Assembly (NCBI RefSeq): GCF_001194135.2
Contig: NC_068981.1
Location: 156,776,935 to 156,840,934, forward strand
Reading direction: 5' to 3'
DNA length: 64,000 nt
From: Octopus bimaculoides
Lineage: Eukaryota
The position numbers were made by a program, and so were the translations under genes. Position 1 is the first letter of the stretch. Each line of letters starts with the position of its first letter. Positions 22,804-35,989 of the stretch are shown one piece after another. The notes under the pieces are model-generated. The model was not told the origin of the DNA. It saw only the letters and a program-made list of their open reading frames with translations, and ran no database searches.

Positions 22804-23844
22804 TGGGGTCGATTTGTTCGACTGAAATCTTCCGAGGCGGTACCCCAGTATGGCCGCGATCCAATGACTGGATCAAGCAAAAGATAACAGAAGATGCTTG
22901 ATAGAATTAGATCTGAGGGTCGTAGTTTGCTTATTCCGCAATTTGAAATAAGGATCGAGTTGGCTAATGGATTAGTGTCCATTTTCGTTAAAGCTTGCTT
23001 TGCTATGTGAGGGTAATAAAGTCGACACACACACACACACACACACACACATGTTGGTATGTTTGCATGTGAGTGTATACACACACACATATATATGTAT
23101 TCATACACACATACAAACACACACGCGCATACACACATACTTTGTGTGTGTGTGTGTGTGCGCGTGTGTGTGGTGTATGTATATATGTGTATGTATGTAT
23201 GTATGTATGTATATATATTTTTTTTTGATTAATAAAAACAAGCTTAAGTTTTGGGCTACTATAAGTTTCATGCTCGGATAATACCGTAATCGGACGCGCT
23301 TCTACAGGTATCGTGTACTATCCTGCATTTTGGAACGTGATGCAAAAGATAGGTAGGTGCGCACAAGTGAATAAATATTTATGTATACATATATACAGCT
23401 AATTAGATATGTATATGTATCTGTAGATCTACCTATGATTAATAAGATATTACTTTCGATTTTGTATAAGTATTTTCTAGGAAGATTACAGTTCCCTTTT
23501 TCAAGTCCCTCCAGAGTGTAGGTTAGAGATAACTGAATGAATTTACGCTACAGATATGAGCTTGAAATGCATGCAGATTATTATTTCAAGTGAATATCTG
23601 GAAATATATATATTTTCTCGAGAAAAGCATTTTAGGAATTTAGAAAAAGAATTGAATAAAGTGTCTGAGCGGCCGGTAGAAACCATTGTGAATCGGTAAA
23701 ATCGATGAGAGAAGATAAGTGGATGCACCAAAAGCATAATGGGAAATTCTACTGCAGTTATCGAAGCAGCTGCATCAGTAAACCTTCAGTTACAGAATAT
23801 TAATGGGTGATGTTTAACATAACAGTCAAATTATTTTTATTTTG

Positions 23845-26700
23845 CTACACTTCAAGAAGTATATATGGGCTTGTCTTCTCTCACAGTCGGTAATTTTGAG
23901 AAAAAAGTAGAAAATAACAGATTTGATCTAAAATTTTGTTGATCGATTGAAAAATACAAAGAGTCCGGTAGACACATCCTGTCTACCGGACTCTTACCGA
24001 AGATTCCGTGGTCTGATCGGATCGAGGATTTATCCCATGCTATTGAGTGCACTGAGATTTTTGATAACCAGTTATCGCTAGTATTGAATGGTATAAGCGG
24101 AAGGGTATCCAGTGTATCTGACAGTGGAATCTGTAACAATGATAACTGAAAAGTGAAAAGGAACCAGTAAATGAAGAACAGACTCCCGTATAGAAGAACA
24201 GACGCCACTGTTGCCAGAAACAACCTCACTTTCAATTTCCTGCTAACTTTCAACTCCATACCTTTCTCAATTTATGGCGTGCACTCCAGGCAAGAGCTTT
24301 CTTTGCTACGATGTCTTTTTCAGTACTTTGTGTCCACGCACCAAAGTTATTGAAATTTTCAACTATCTGAGCAACTTACCGTTTCTCACTTTCGCTGACA
24401 CAGGCATTTCGTGGTAGAATACTTGCAGCTCTGTTTTGTTTGCATTACAGTACAATCCTGCTTTCCCTGATTCCTGCTCTAATCTGGTCAGCACCTCCTC
24501 TGCCTGATTTGTCCTCTCTGTTAGTAATGCCAGGTCATCGGCATAGTTTAGGTCAGTTACTGTTACTGCTTGATGCAGTCTACTTCTTTGCCAATGCAGT
24601 TTGAATCCCAGTTCTTCTTCCTTGCCCTCGTACGTTCTACACATTACATAGTCCAGAATGATGGCGAAGAGATAAGGTGCTAGCATGTCGCCTTGTAATA
24701 CACCGGCTTTGACTTCAAAGTATTCCGTCTCTCCATCAGGAGTGATCACTTTCGCTCTGGTGTTCTCATATAGCTTACTTATTGCTTTCAGAATTCTTGG
24801 TGGGATATCATATGCTTTAAGTCTCTTCATCATCATTCCTCCATGTACTGAATCAAAAGCTTTTTTGAAGTCTACATAGATAATGATAGCCTTCCTGCCA
24901 TGGCCCTTAACTCCCTCTATCAGTCTTCTAAGTGCAACAATGTGAGATGTTGACTGTCCTGATCTGAATTCATTTTGATTTGGTCGCAACTGTTTGTCTA
25001 TCTTAGGTTGTATTTGGTTAAGTATCATCTTGTTGACCATTTTTGCAACAATGGAAGACAGAATGATCCTTCTGTAGTTCCCAGTATCACTTAGGTCTCC
25101 AGTTTTGGGCAGTGGTAGCAAGTCTATCTCAGACCATTGTTCTGGCTTCACATTGTCATTTAGTACTTTGTTCGCATATTCAAGGATAATGTCTAAATCA
25201 CATCTTTTTAGTACTTCTGGTGGGATGTTGTCAGGACAAGTTTGTTTCCCTTTTATGTTACTTGTAGTCTTTCTATTTCTTATTTTGTGAAGTCTCCATC
25301 CTCGATTTGCGAACCGTCAAGTATCTTTGCTAATTCTTCATTTTCTGTTTCACTGTCAACTTCTGGATCTTTCCCAAGTAAGTTGTAGAAATGAGTGTAC
25401 CACTTCTTGATTCTCTCGTCCTTTGATTTCCCTTTTGATGATTCCCTGCTTTGCAGCTTTGCGACCAGTGATGGAGTTAATCATCCTCCAGCTTTCTCTG
25501 TGCTTACTCTTTGTGTCGGCATTTTCGACCTGGGAGATCCAGTTCTTCTTCTTGAAGCCTTTAGTACACCTGTTTTAGACCATCTTTCTTTCTTTGTAAA
25601 GTTTGTTTAGTATCGTTCTTGGCAGCTTTTGGATAGTTTCTGAATGACTCTTGTACTTCACTGCTTGCTTTTTCTACCCTAGGATCATCAGCTAACTTTC
25701 TCCGTTTCATCCCCTTCTTTATCGGTATCAATTTTGCTGCCGCTTCTTCATTTGATTGCACAGACTTGCCATATTGCTCTGTAACAGTATCCCTGTTGCT
25801 AGATAGTTGAGCAAATCTGTTACGCACTGTAACCGTATAAAGCTGTTGAAGTTCTGTATTTCGCAATGTAGACCAATCGTAGCATTTTTTTCCTTGCAGG
25901 AGTTTTGCTTGTACGTAGACTAAGACGTAGCCTAGCTGTCACTAAGTGATGGTCATCCGCTAAGCTGCTAAAGATGTTATATGCTTCTACATTGTGTACA
26001 GAATTCTTCCATTTCTTATTAATTAGTATGTAATCAATTTAGGATTTGCTACCATTCATGTCGGAGATAAATGTCCATTGTTTTCTTTTCTTTTTCTTGA
26101 ATAGAGTGTTAGTGATACGAAGATTACATTCCGCCGCATGATTCAGGAGAATCTGGCCATTCTTGTTGGTCTCCTTATGGAATGTTTAGCGGACTGCATC
26201 CTCACCCAAATGAGCATTAAAATCACTGCATTCTATGGTAGCATGGTGTTTTGGTACTTCATTGATGACATTTGTCAGCGTTTCGTAGTGCTCCTCTGCA
26301 TCCTTGCTTCCCTCTGTGGGTGCATAGTTAATAACTACTGTGGTGGATGGGTCTCCGTTGAACGTAACTGCGACTATTCTGTCATTTACTGGTATTACTT
26401 CAGCCAATGCTTTCTCAGCCAAACCGTTAATTACTAATCCTATCCTTCCTGTTGCAGCACCATTAATACTTATCCGTGCACTTGCTGTTATTAGTGTGCA
26501 GCCTTCAAGTCGTTCAATGAAAGTAGGGTCTTCTTCATGCACTATCTTGTGTTCAACTACTCCAAGGATGTTTAGTTTGCATTTGTTAAAGTTGTTAGCC
26601 ATCTCCAGACGTTTCTCTTTTTCCCTAAGTGTTCTTACATTGAGTATTCCAATTTTCAGGTACTTTTTACTGTTCATAAGTTTGATTCCTCTGTTCTCTC
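23845..26700 (-). mobile_element. RTE-clade LINE pseudogene (APE endonuclease plus RT)
   Basis: APE: LKIGILNVRTL..LGVVEH, NYAPTE..DFNAHLG (26186-26677). RT: PLPKTGDLSDTGNYR, VDFKKAFDSV, GVLQGDMLAPYLF, LNYADDLAL (24363-25151). Broken by stops and deletions. Confidence 0.92.
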
Positions 26701-26799
26701 CATCAGCTACTTCTCTACCAGTTATATTTAAAGAAGTACCTTCATCAGTCTTTATATATAATTTAAACGCAAATTAGATACAATACTTGAGGGAAGGTT

Positions 26800-26952
26800 T
26801 AAGTCGAGATATCATTGACGCCAGTACTTTGTTTTACCCTAATGGGAAGAAAGACAAAGTTGACCTTGGCAGAATTTGAACTCAGAAAGTAGAACCGGAA
26901 CAAATATCACAAAGTATTTTATTCGACACTGACGATTCTGCCTACTCGCCAC
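26800..26952 (-). mobile_element. SINE family A copy (diverged)
   Basis: GGCAGAATTTGAACTCAGAA and GATTCTGCCTACTCGCC. Confidence 0.7.
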
Positions 26953-28699
26953 TTTTATAATGATCGAAATGATGTTTCATCAAGTAGACCGATTCCTAAT
27001 TAATTGTATATAACAGGATAACTCAGCTGTATTTCTGCATGATAAGCGAAGTTGTGTGACTAAAAGCTATATAAACCTAGTGAGTCTCGCCGGTCAAAAA
27101 CGTTTTTGTAACCAACCATTTATACATTAACTTTAACAGCAGTAATGTGATACAGAAGCAAATGTCAAGATATTACGCTGAGTCAGGTGTCCTGTTGATG
27201 GAATATTGCATTTGTAACTGCTGATGCTGACACACACATTGCAAAAGACAGCGATACGAACGAAAGTGAATAAAATATAAGAAAGAAAGAAATGTTTTAA
27301 ATATATTCTAGTCATTTGCTGATGTAGCTTTGAATATGATTGAATTAATTGCTTTTGCTACAGGGAATAGTAAATTATAAATAGGAAAAATACTACATAA
27401 TAAACAATCCAATACAAATTTTTTTTAAAAAACTTCTGTCTAGATAAAAGAGAATTCCCAAACGTTATGAAGAATGTCTATGTATATATTTCTCATAGCA
27501 AGAATGTCTATGTATATATTTCTCGACGACAAACCTCCCGGTAGGTTTGTCGTTGACGTGATTTGAAAATTAGGAGTAAGAGCCTGCGAGAACTGCAAAG
27601 AAAATATGTTGAATATCTAAATGTATCTGAGAGCGATTATATGTCTATATGTATTTAACTCTTCATCTATGTTTGCATATATTTGTATATGTTTGTTTAT
27701 GAATGCAAAAAAATGAATGTGAGGTTAAATAATGTTATTAGAGTCGTGCTGAAAGACCTTTTGTAGAAACTATATTTTCTGCAGAATATTAACTATATAA
27801 TATAAACATATCTTTATGCTTGTTTCCCTTTGTACTTATATATAGCTATATATAACTTGTACAATAAACTGCAGCTCTCTGGATCGTTGGGACAAGAAAT
27901 GAGACTTCACCTTCAAGGACAAGTCAGCTAAACAAAGCTCATTCCTCGGAAGGCAGTTGCCAAATTGGCTCACAGCTAGTATATATATATATAACCAGCC
28001 CGCATTTGAAATACAACGTGCACAATGAAGATACAAATCTTGCATATGTGTCCAATAAAGAAACAGTTGTTTTTGTTGTTGGTGGTGGTGGTAGTGGTGT
28101 TGGTGTTGGTGGTGGTGGTGTTGGTGTTGGCGGTGGTGGTGGTGGTGTTGCCTCCACTGCTTGTGGAGTACAAATATCAAACTTCAATCGAATCATATTT
28201 TGAACGTTAGACCACAATGTCAAATTTATAGTACATTAGAAATGTTATCAGAAGATAATATTTATCATGTACATGTTGACATTAATTTACATGAATGTTG
28301 ATTAATTAACAATATCAAAAATATTAGTGAATTAATGTAATATTGTAGCATTTAAAACTTTGTTTTTACGTTCAGTTTAAAACAAAATTAGGATCTATTG
28401 AAGGAGAGTCCACCAATTTTAATTCTCCTTGAATTTAAATGGGTGCACCTTTCTTTTACAGATCCTGATGTCTATAATACTTAAGAACTTATGGCATTTT
28501 TCAGTTGGAAAGGTTCCACAGATAAAAGATAGTTAGCTTCAGCATTCATAAGAATGATGTCAACAGATTGTATGTCTCTAGCATATCGATAATGTTAGTG
28601 ATGACTTTCATTCCTTCATCCATCCATTCATCTTCACCACCCATTATTCCTGGGAGAGTCGTGGTGGTAGAGTCCTCAGGAACTTCCTCCAAAAGGGTT

Positions 28700-28930
28700 T
28701 TATCAAAAGTAACCGTCAGTACACTTTCCGATTGAATGCCCAACTGAGGTTTTGGATATTATCCAACCATCTCGTTCTTGATCTACCCATAGGTTTCCTG
28801 CTTGTTGACTCGGCTTGAAGACTCTATTTTGCGATTATTTCCCGCGACATTCTGTTGTACCGAAGATGTGATCTCTCAATACGAAGAAGTAGCTGCTCGT
28901 CATGAAGAGACTCCTTGATCTCCAAGTCAC
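28700..28930 (-). mobile_element. RTE-like LINE C-terminal fragment
   Basis: The minus strand gives LLLRIERSHLR..NRMSRE and RKPMGRSRTRWLDNIQNLSW, typical of the RTE ORF C-terminus. Confidence 0.6.
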
Positions 28931-29261
28931 TTACTTTGTCAAGTAATATTATTCCAGAGATCCTTTAGAAGAACCCCATCTCACCCCCTTGTATTCGTAA
29001 TCGTACTCTTTTGTTGGTTACTTGACCTCCGTAAATAAAGAGCATTCTACTTAGGATTTCCTATTGAAATTTGTCTTACATTTCCAAGTCAATAAACCAT
29101 AGGAGATTTATTTAGAATTTCATAACGGGAAGAATCCATAGAAGAAATATGAATATAATCTATCGTGTCTAAGCCGTAGTTTTCCAGAGTTAGTCGTGTA
29201 AATTTCTTAAAGTTGTCAGTTGGCTGGTGAATTGTCAAGCTTTATGTAAAATAATAAATAT

Positions 29262-29476
29262 TCTTTTCTACTCTAGGCACAAGGACCGAAATATTTGGGG
29301 AGTGGGCCAGTCGATTAGATCGTCCCCAGTACGCAACTGGTACTTAATTTATCAACCCCCGAAAGGATAAAAGGCAAAGTCGACCTCGGCGGAATTTGAA
29401 CTCGAAACGTAAAGACAGACGAAATACCGCTAAACATTTCTCCCGGAATGCTAACGTTTCTGCCAGCTCGCGCCTT
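29262..29476 (-). mobile_element. SINE family A copy, full length
   Basis: Reverse complement aligns end to end with 59252-59464. Confidence 0.85.
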
Positions 29477-30352
29477 AGTAAAAATAATAAATATTGAAAA
29501 CATTGTACTCATTACGATTACCCTCACCCACGTGTTAGCTGGTTTATATACAATGGCCTTCCAAATATGCAGCCGAACATATAAAAATTATTATGGTTCA
29601 AGTCAAGTTGAAGTGTCTGAACTGTTCATAACACCCACGAAACAATGTAATAAGTTCATAGTTATATGCCAGAATTAATTACTCGGATTTAATCTGCTGA
29701 TAAAACTAGCTTCTTTATTTTAAAGTCTTTTAAAGTTCTGCTCGTGAGCTAATATAATTTGCAAGTATAGTGATTGTAAACCTCTCTTTGCCTACTGTGG
29801 AATAGATTAGATGTTTTCACACGGTCTCTTGTTCCTATACCTAAAAAATTCTCTTGATACGATAAATGTAAAATTTATTGTGTTTGTAACTTAGACAGGC
29901 TAGGAGGCCATCTGGCCATCTGAGCAAGTAATTAAGTTGCATTTTCTAAAAGTGCACCGAATATTCTTCTTCTTCTTCTTCTTCTTCTTCTTCTTCTTCT
30001 TCTTCTTTCACTTTCACTTTTCAGATTTTTGATCCCAAAAACAGACTTTATTTTCTGCAATTCTTATGGGACACTACATTCTGAGATTGTACTTCATGAC
30101 ACGCTAAATCTTGCAACAGCTACCTTATAGCACAGCCTTGGCCTGTTACTGTACGTTACATATTTATTTACATATAGATATATATTTTTAAACGCACATT
30201 TCATTGAAACATTTTTCCATTGCAGATACCATCAAGGGATCTATTTTTTTCATTTGCAAAGTATTCATTTTTTAAACGACAGTAAAAAAAATCTGAAAAT
30301 CGGCCATAATAATGTAGCCTTCCAGTCTCATTGCTTTGAAGGGATGACGTTG

Positions 30353-30516
30353 TGGAGAAACAAAATGGAGAAACAAAATGGAGAAACAAAATGGAGAAAC
30401 AAAATGGAGAAACAAAATGGAGAAACAAAATGGAGAAACAAAATGGAGAAACAAAATGGAGAAACAAAATGGAGAAACAAAATGGAGAAACAAAATGGAG
30501 AAACAAAATGGAGAAA
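30353..30516. repeat. Perfect 13-bp minisatellite (TGGAGAAACAAAA) x12.6
   Basis: Twelve identical units plus 8 bp, with no mismatches seen. Confidence 0.97.
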
Positions 30517-30918
30517 AAAGTTACAGAGGTTTAAAAATCGAAAAAACTGTATATTTTTAGTCAATAACGAAACAGAAATTTTCTGCGTTTAGCGGAGCGG
30601 TGTCAACTTTAAGATTGTACCCTGTGGAATTTAGAGTTTAGAGTCTGACCTGTTCATTGTAGGTTTCTAAATAAACAGAAATACCTAATAAAATCAACAT
30701 GTGTCATCATACTGTTTCTTTTATCTCTTCATTGATTGTATGTTTTTATTATTTCTTAAATTTGTTATATTAATATATTTGTATGTGTTTACTTTATGCG
30801 TATTTCAGTATTATGTATACCTGTCATGTATTTCTGTACATCATTAATATATTATAGGTGCATGTGGATGTATGTATTCATATATAAGTTTATATGCACA
30901 TTTATGCATTCGTGTGTG

Positions 30919-30952
<34 letters not shown>

Positions 30953-32170
30953 GGGGATGTCTGTCTCCAAAACTACAAAGTTGAGTAACGTATTCAAGCT
31001 TGGATTTGTAAACTACTATAAGAATAACTCTTGTTCAAAGAAGAATTTGTCCCAAGGAAAATAATACCTGTATCTCATATGTTTTTGCATGCAGAATTCA
31101 AAAATAATGTCAAATTATCTGTATCACCCTCAATTTCTCTCTTCCACGATATCCCTCTCAGTTCCTGTTACGTGGGCTAAATTTCAGTTAAGCTGTTGAA
31201 ATGTGAAGCTAACAGTTTAAGAAATACTCCTAATTTAAATTTTTATGAATAGAATTAACCTAGTGAAATCATAAATCCAGCTAATTAGTCCTAAAATATA
31301 TATGAAATAAAAAATATGTAAACACAGAAAAAAACACAGAAAAATACTAACACTGAAGCACAGAAAAATATGTAATATACTAACACACAGAAAAATTAAA
31401 ACAAAACACGCGGGGGGAAAGAATCTTGTGGCGTGAAGAATTAAATGTGAAAAATCAACATAGACAACAGCGGCACAGACAACATTGAACCACAACACAG
31501 CGTGTGCTTGTCAATGAGGTAACAAGCTGTTAATACCACGCTGTCTGTTGATTGGCTAAAATTACCCAAATTTCCTAAAATTTAATGCCAAATAACATCA
31601 GATTCTTTAATTTACGAAATAAAGTAATTAGTTGATCGTAATCAAAATTCAGAGTCGCATCGATACACCAAAATTGAAAGCAATCTGAGCAAAATTAAGT
31701 AGGGGGTGCATTTTGCGAATGAGAAAGACTAGATCCCCACCAAGCCGCACATTGAAAAATAATGGACATCAGTATGCTATAGGAAGCAGCAATATCTCTG
31801 GTTGTGTGGTAAAATATTAAGTGAAAATAGTAAAGAACAACCCAGTCTGTGACATAAAAATATGGTAACAATATGTTGACGGTCATGGAAATGACGATGA
31901 TACTACAAGAGTTGAAGCTGGGAACATATGAACAACTAGAACTAGGTGTGGTAGAAGTCATGCAGCATTCATTCAATGCGAAAGAAGCTAAAACAACAAG
32001 TACTCTGATGATGCTGGTGAATGGCCAAATAACTTATTTGATTGCGATCGTCATTATTGGCGAGTCAAGGGAAATGTTGAATGCCAACATACTAATAGTG
32101 ACTTTTCTTCACTCATACTATTTGTATTAGAATGAAAAGACACGCGGATGCAGTTAGAAATTGTATTTCA

Positions 32171-34068
32171 TATATGCATACGTGGGTGTGTGCGGTGCAA
32201 ACGATGACTCGTATGTGTGTATTACATAAGCAAGGCTACATACAAAAGCACATGTACATGCATGCTCACATGTATACATACATCATATGTGTGTGGTGGA
32301 GTGTGTGTGTGTATGTGTGAGTGAGTGAGCGTGTGTGTGTGTGTGTGTTATAAATACCTCTTTCTTAGCCCTAAAACAAGCAACATACAGAAAAAAATTG
32401 ATTATGCCTTTCAGAAAGCAGAGGAAGCCGCTTCTGTTTCCTATACGATATTATGATCTCAGGATGTTCATCAAAGTTTAGGGAAGAGGCTTTTATGACT
32501 AAAAAAAGCAAGCTGTTGTTAAGTCAATATGAACGGTGTCATACATAAACAAGCATGAGTTTCACTGTTAATGCACAAAAACAAGTGAACGTGTTGATTC
32601 CCAACTTGTGAAATAAATGGAAATTCAACAAAATTATTGGTGCACTCTGCTTGAGAGAATAATTGAAGCTATCAGATTTTTAACAGACTGGAACTTTTCT
32701 TTGTGGTGATGAAACTGTTATTTCTCCTCAAATTGGAAATTACTTGGGCTTGTTAAAATTATTGATCCACTTCTGAACGAGCATATAAATATCCTTACAA
32801 ACAAATTTATGAAGCACATGTCATAATTATCTAACACAAAATGTGCGGGATTCATCAATTTGTTTGAATTCAACATACTGTATCATAATATCTGCGAAGT
32901 AAAGAAATATAAGAATTATTTGATTCCATTGGATTCTACTCCTGATATATCTAATACGGACTAGGTGACTTCGACTGTGTAGTCAGAACTAGCTGAAAGA
33001 TGATTTTTTATGTGGAAGTTCATAGTGCCAAATTTTACTTGCTTTATTAATGCGTAATTAAAGTAAAATTATTATAACTCATAATCATATGCCTGCTGAA
33101 CAGCGAGATTGAAAACGAAGATTTTCATATTTACTCTTAATACGTTCCAGCAGATTCGAATGCAAGTATTGCTAATCGCCGTTCTCTTTGTCACAGGAAA
33201 TAGCTTCCCCTTTATTTTTCGAATCTCACTGTTGATCGTGTATATGATGAGCAATTATCGGTTGGCAGATATCAGCACAGAACAAGCAAAGACTTTGTTC
33301 ACTGAAATCACAAACATGGCCTTCAGCCCTTGCTATATTCATTGACCAGGATACTTCAGGCTGATGAGATACAACAAGACGAAAAAACGGCATCCCAGAA
33401 TCCCTTGTACTAAAATTTATTGAGTGTGGTATGAACACATAGTCGTCATAAAGGAGGAGCTTTTCTTCTATAATAAACAGAACAATCTGTCGGAACGTAT
33501 TAAGAATAGATATGCAAGTCATCATAAAATAAAACTTGTGCTTTAATACATATGTATATATTTTTTTAAACTTAAGACTCCTTTGCAACATGTGCTGCCG
33601 GCCCACACAAAATCGATTGGGACCTGTTTTTGCACATTGTTTTCTGTCAGTCAATTAACTGAAAAATGTTACCTTTGAACCTGCATTCTTGAATGCAACT
33701 ATCAACTTCTTTTTTGATCATTTTAATACATTTGTACAAGGTTAAGTTCCGAACATAGATTAAATAAGCAGCAACAAAAATTATGTAGGTCAACATATGG
33801 CCAGTGTGTTTGCATATTATATGTACAAAAATATGAGCATGTATCATGTTATATATATATATATATGTATGTATGTATGTATGTATAAATACACACACAC
33901 ACACATATATATGTATACGTGGGTGTGTGCGGTGCAAACGATGACTCGTATGTGCGTATTACATAAGCAAGGCTACATAGAAAAGCATATGCACATGCAT
34001 ACTCACATGTATACATACATCATATGTGTGTGGTGGAGTGTATTTGTCAGTGTGTGTGTGTGTGTGTG

Positions 34069-34152
<84 letters not shown>

Positions 34153-34163
34153 AAATACCTCTT
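32171..34163. repeat. Direct repeat pair (32171-32362 and 33908-34163) flanking the hAT remnant
   Basis: Shared TACGTGGGTGTGTGCGGTGCAAACGATGACTCGTATG..GTGGTGGAGTG-(GT)n-TTATAAATACCTCTT. The copies differ mainly in (GT)n length. Confidence 0.9.
32380..33320 (+). mobile_element. Decayed hAT-family (ZMYM-like) transposase
   Basis: LLERIIEAIRFL, GNYLGLLKLL, DPLLNEHI and LDSTPDISNTD*VT (the catalytic D-x-T-P-D-I-S motif), spread over several frames. Confidence 0.7.
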
Positions 34164-35989
34164 GTTTTTGTGAGCTTATGTTTATCGACATTATACACCA
34201 TTAAATAAAAATACTAATTCGGCATAAAATATAATTATTACATCATGTAAGCTGCAAAAACTTATCATCGTTTAAATATCAGGAATCTAAACATTATTAT
34301 GAAGACTATATTTTTAAAATATTTCCTTGCCAAAAAGAGTGGATATATAATTATATAAGAAACAATTAGATTTATTATAATATAAATAGCAGAATCGTTT
34401 GAACTTTGGATAAAATACCTAACGGTGCATAGTTGTATCTCTATGTTTCAAGTTCAAATTTTGCTGAGGTCAACTTTGCCTACAACATTTTGAGTAGCAG
34501 TCAAGCACTGGTATTGATTCACATTCCTATAAGACATCCTAGAGGGGTGTAGAATTGTAACAGAAGACAAGGTGCAAGATGAAGCTCGTTACTTAACTCG
34601 CGAACGTTGAACCCTGAAAAGAATGCGTAAACATAAGCGGGACCTTTATATTTACTTGACATACTAGAAATAGCATCCCAATCGCACTATAACCATACCT
34701 TATTATGTTCCTAGTAATAAAAGGGTACACTGGATAATGTAACCAAGAGTACACAATGCATGAAAAAAGACGTAATGGTTATGACTTGAAGGAACCCCTT
34801 TGATTATAGATCTCTGCTTGATAATAACTGACCTAGGTTAGACAACGGCAACAACTATAGCAATTTTATTTCAGGAACAACACGTTCCAATCCATTCTCC
34901 CTCACTAAGAGAATCCTATTTGGGTTTTTTTTTTCTTCAGATTATCGGTAGAATTATTCGGTGAGCAATAGTGCCCTAGCTCAGAGCACTGCTAAGTAAA
35001 TACATTTGTAATAAATAACAATGATGCGTTTGTCAGAGGGTGTAGGTGGGAAAAGATTCGCAGATGTGACCCACCATCAAACAAAACAGGGATCCAGTCT
35101 GGCGAATAATGTCTCGAGAGGCTTCCCTATCAGTATAATGTTTTGACATATGCTCCAATAAACACAGATTTTCGATAGGCTCATTCGTTGTCTCTGATTT
35201 CATCCCACCGAAATAAGAACATAAAGAGGCATTATTTCACATGCAAAGATTTCAAACTCACTTATACACACACACAACCACTCACACATATATGCAACGT
35301 TCTCGAAGTTGAAAAACAAACATTTACATCATTGATCATTGTTGAGTTATTGTAGCGGTCAAAAACTATTGTTATTTCGTAATTACAATAAATAGTACAT
35401 ATTATTATCAAAGCTTTTTGCCGCACGCCAACGACTTGGTTTATAATATTATACTTGTACTCACAAAAAGTACAACTCAACAAAGACTAGAAAATACTTT
35501 ACAATCTATTTCAGAATATCTTTTAATATTCAGTGTTTTCTCCGTTAGTTGAATTTATCTATGTCATAAGAACGATTACTTAGTTTGGTTTGAAAATTTG
35601 CCTGGAAGAGCACAGTCAATTGACATAACCCGACCATATGATTAGTATTTTATGATTCGCGGGCGGATAAACATCAAATTACATATCGGAAAATGTTTAA
35701 CTTAAAATAAAGAGGAGTAGAAGCTAAATACAGGAAGGAATTCAGATGGTTGCCCCTATTCTTCAGACCCGCCCTTATACTAATGAAGATGATTTCTACT
35801 ATAGACATTTTGTGCGGAGAACAGTCACTTAAAATTGCTCTTCAATATTTCACAGGTACAAGATGAATAAAAAGCAAAGTCGACTCGATGAGATTTGAAC
35901 TCAGGACTTCAAATAAGGAGAACAGTTTGGGAAAGACATCTCACACGGCGTTGACTCTTAGCCAGTTACTCACTTTTTTGGTGTAATAT

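Larger units (their letters stand above)
22091..22885 (+). mobile_element. SINE family B copy interrupted by the family D element
   Basis: Head at 22091-22260. The tail runs to 22433 and resumes at 22804 (TGGGGTCGATTTGTTCGACT..GCGGTACCCCAGTATGG). Confidence 0.8.

Noticed and set aside
27836-28223. Poly-His, poly-Pro and poly-Thr ORFs; similar ones at 41876-42163
   Set aside because: They are translations of (TGG)n/(TTG)n/(TCG)n trinucleotide tracts with no splice or domain support.
30353-30516. 13-bp array as a CRISPR or as a repeat protein (MEKQNGETKWRNK)n
   Set aside because: No spacers and a eukaryotic context. The ORFs exist only because the unit has no stop codon in any frame.
33361-33390. 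CTGATGA...GAAA matches here and at ~52880-52910 (minus)
   Set aside because: No stem II pairing between the two core halves, so these are chance matches.
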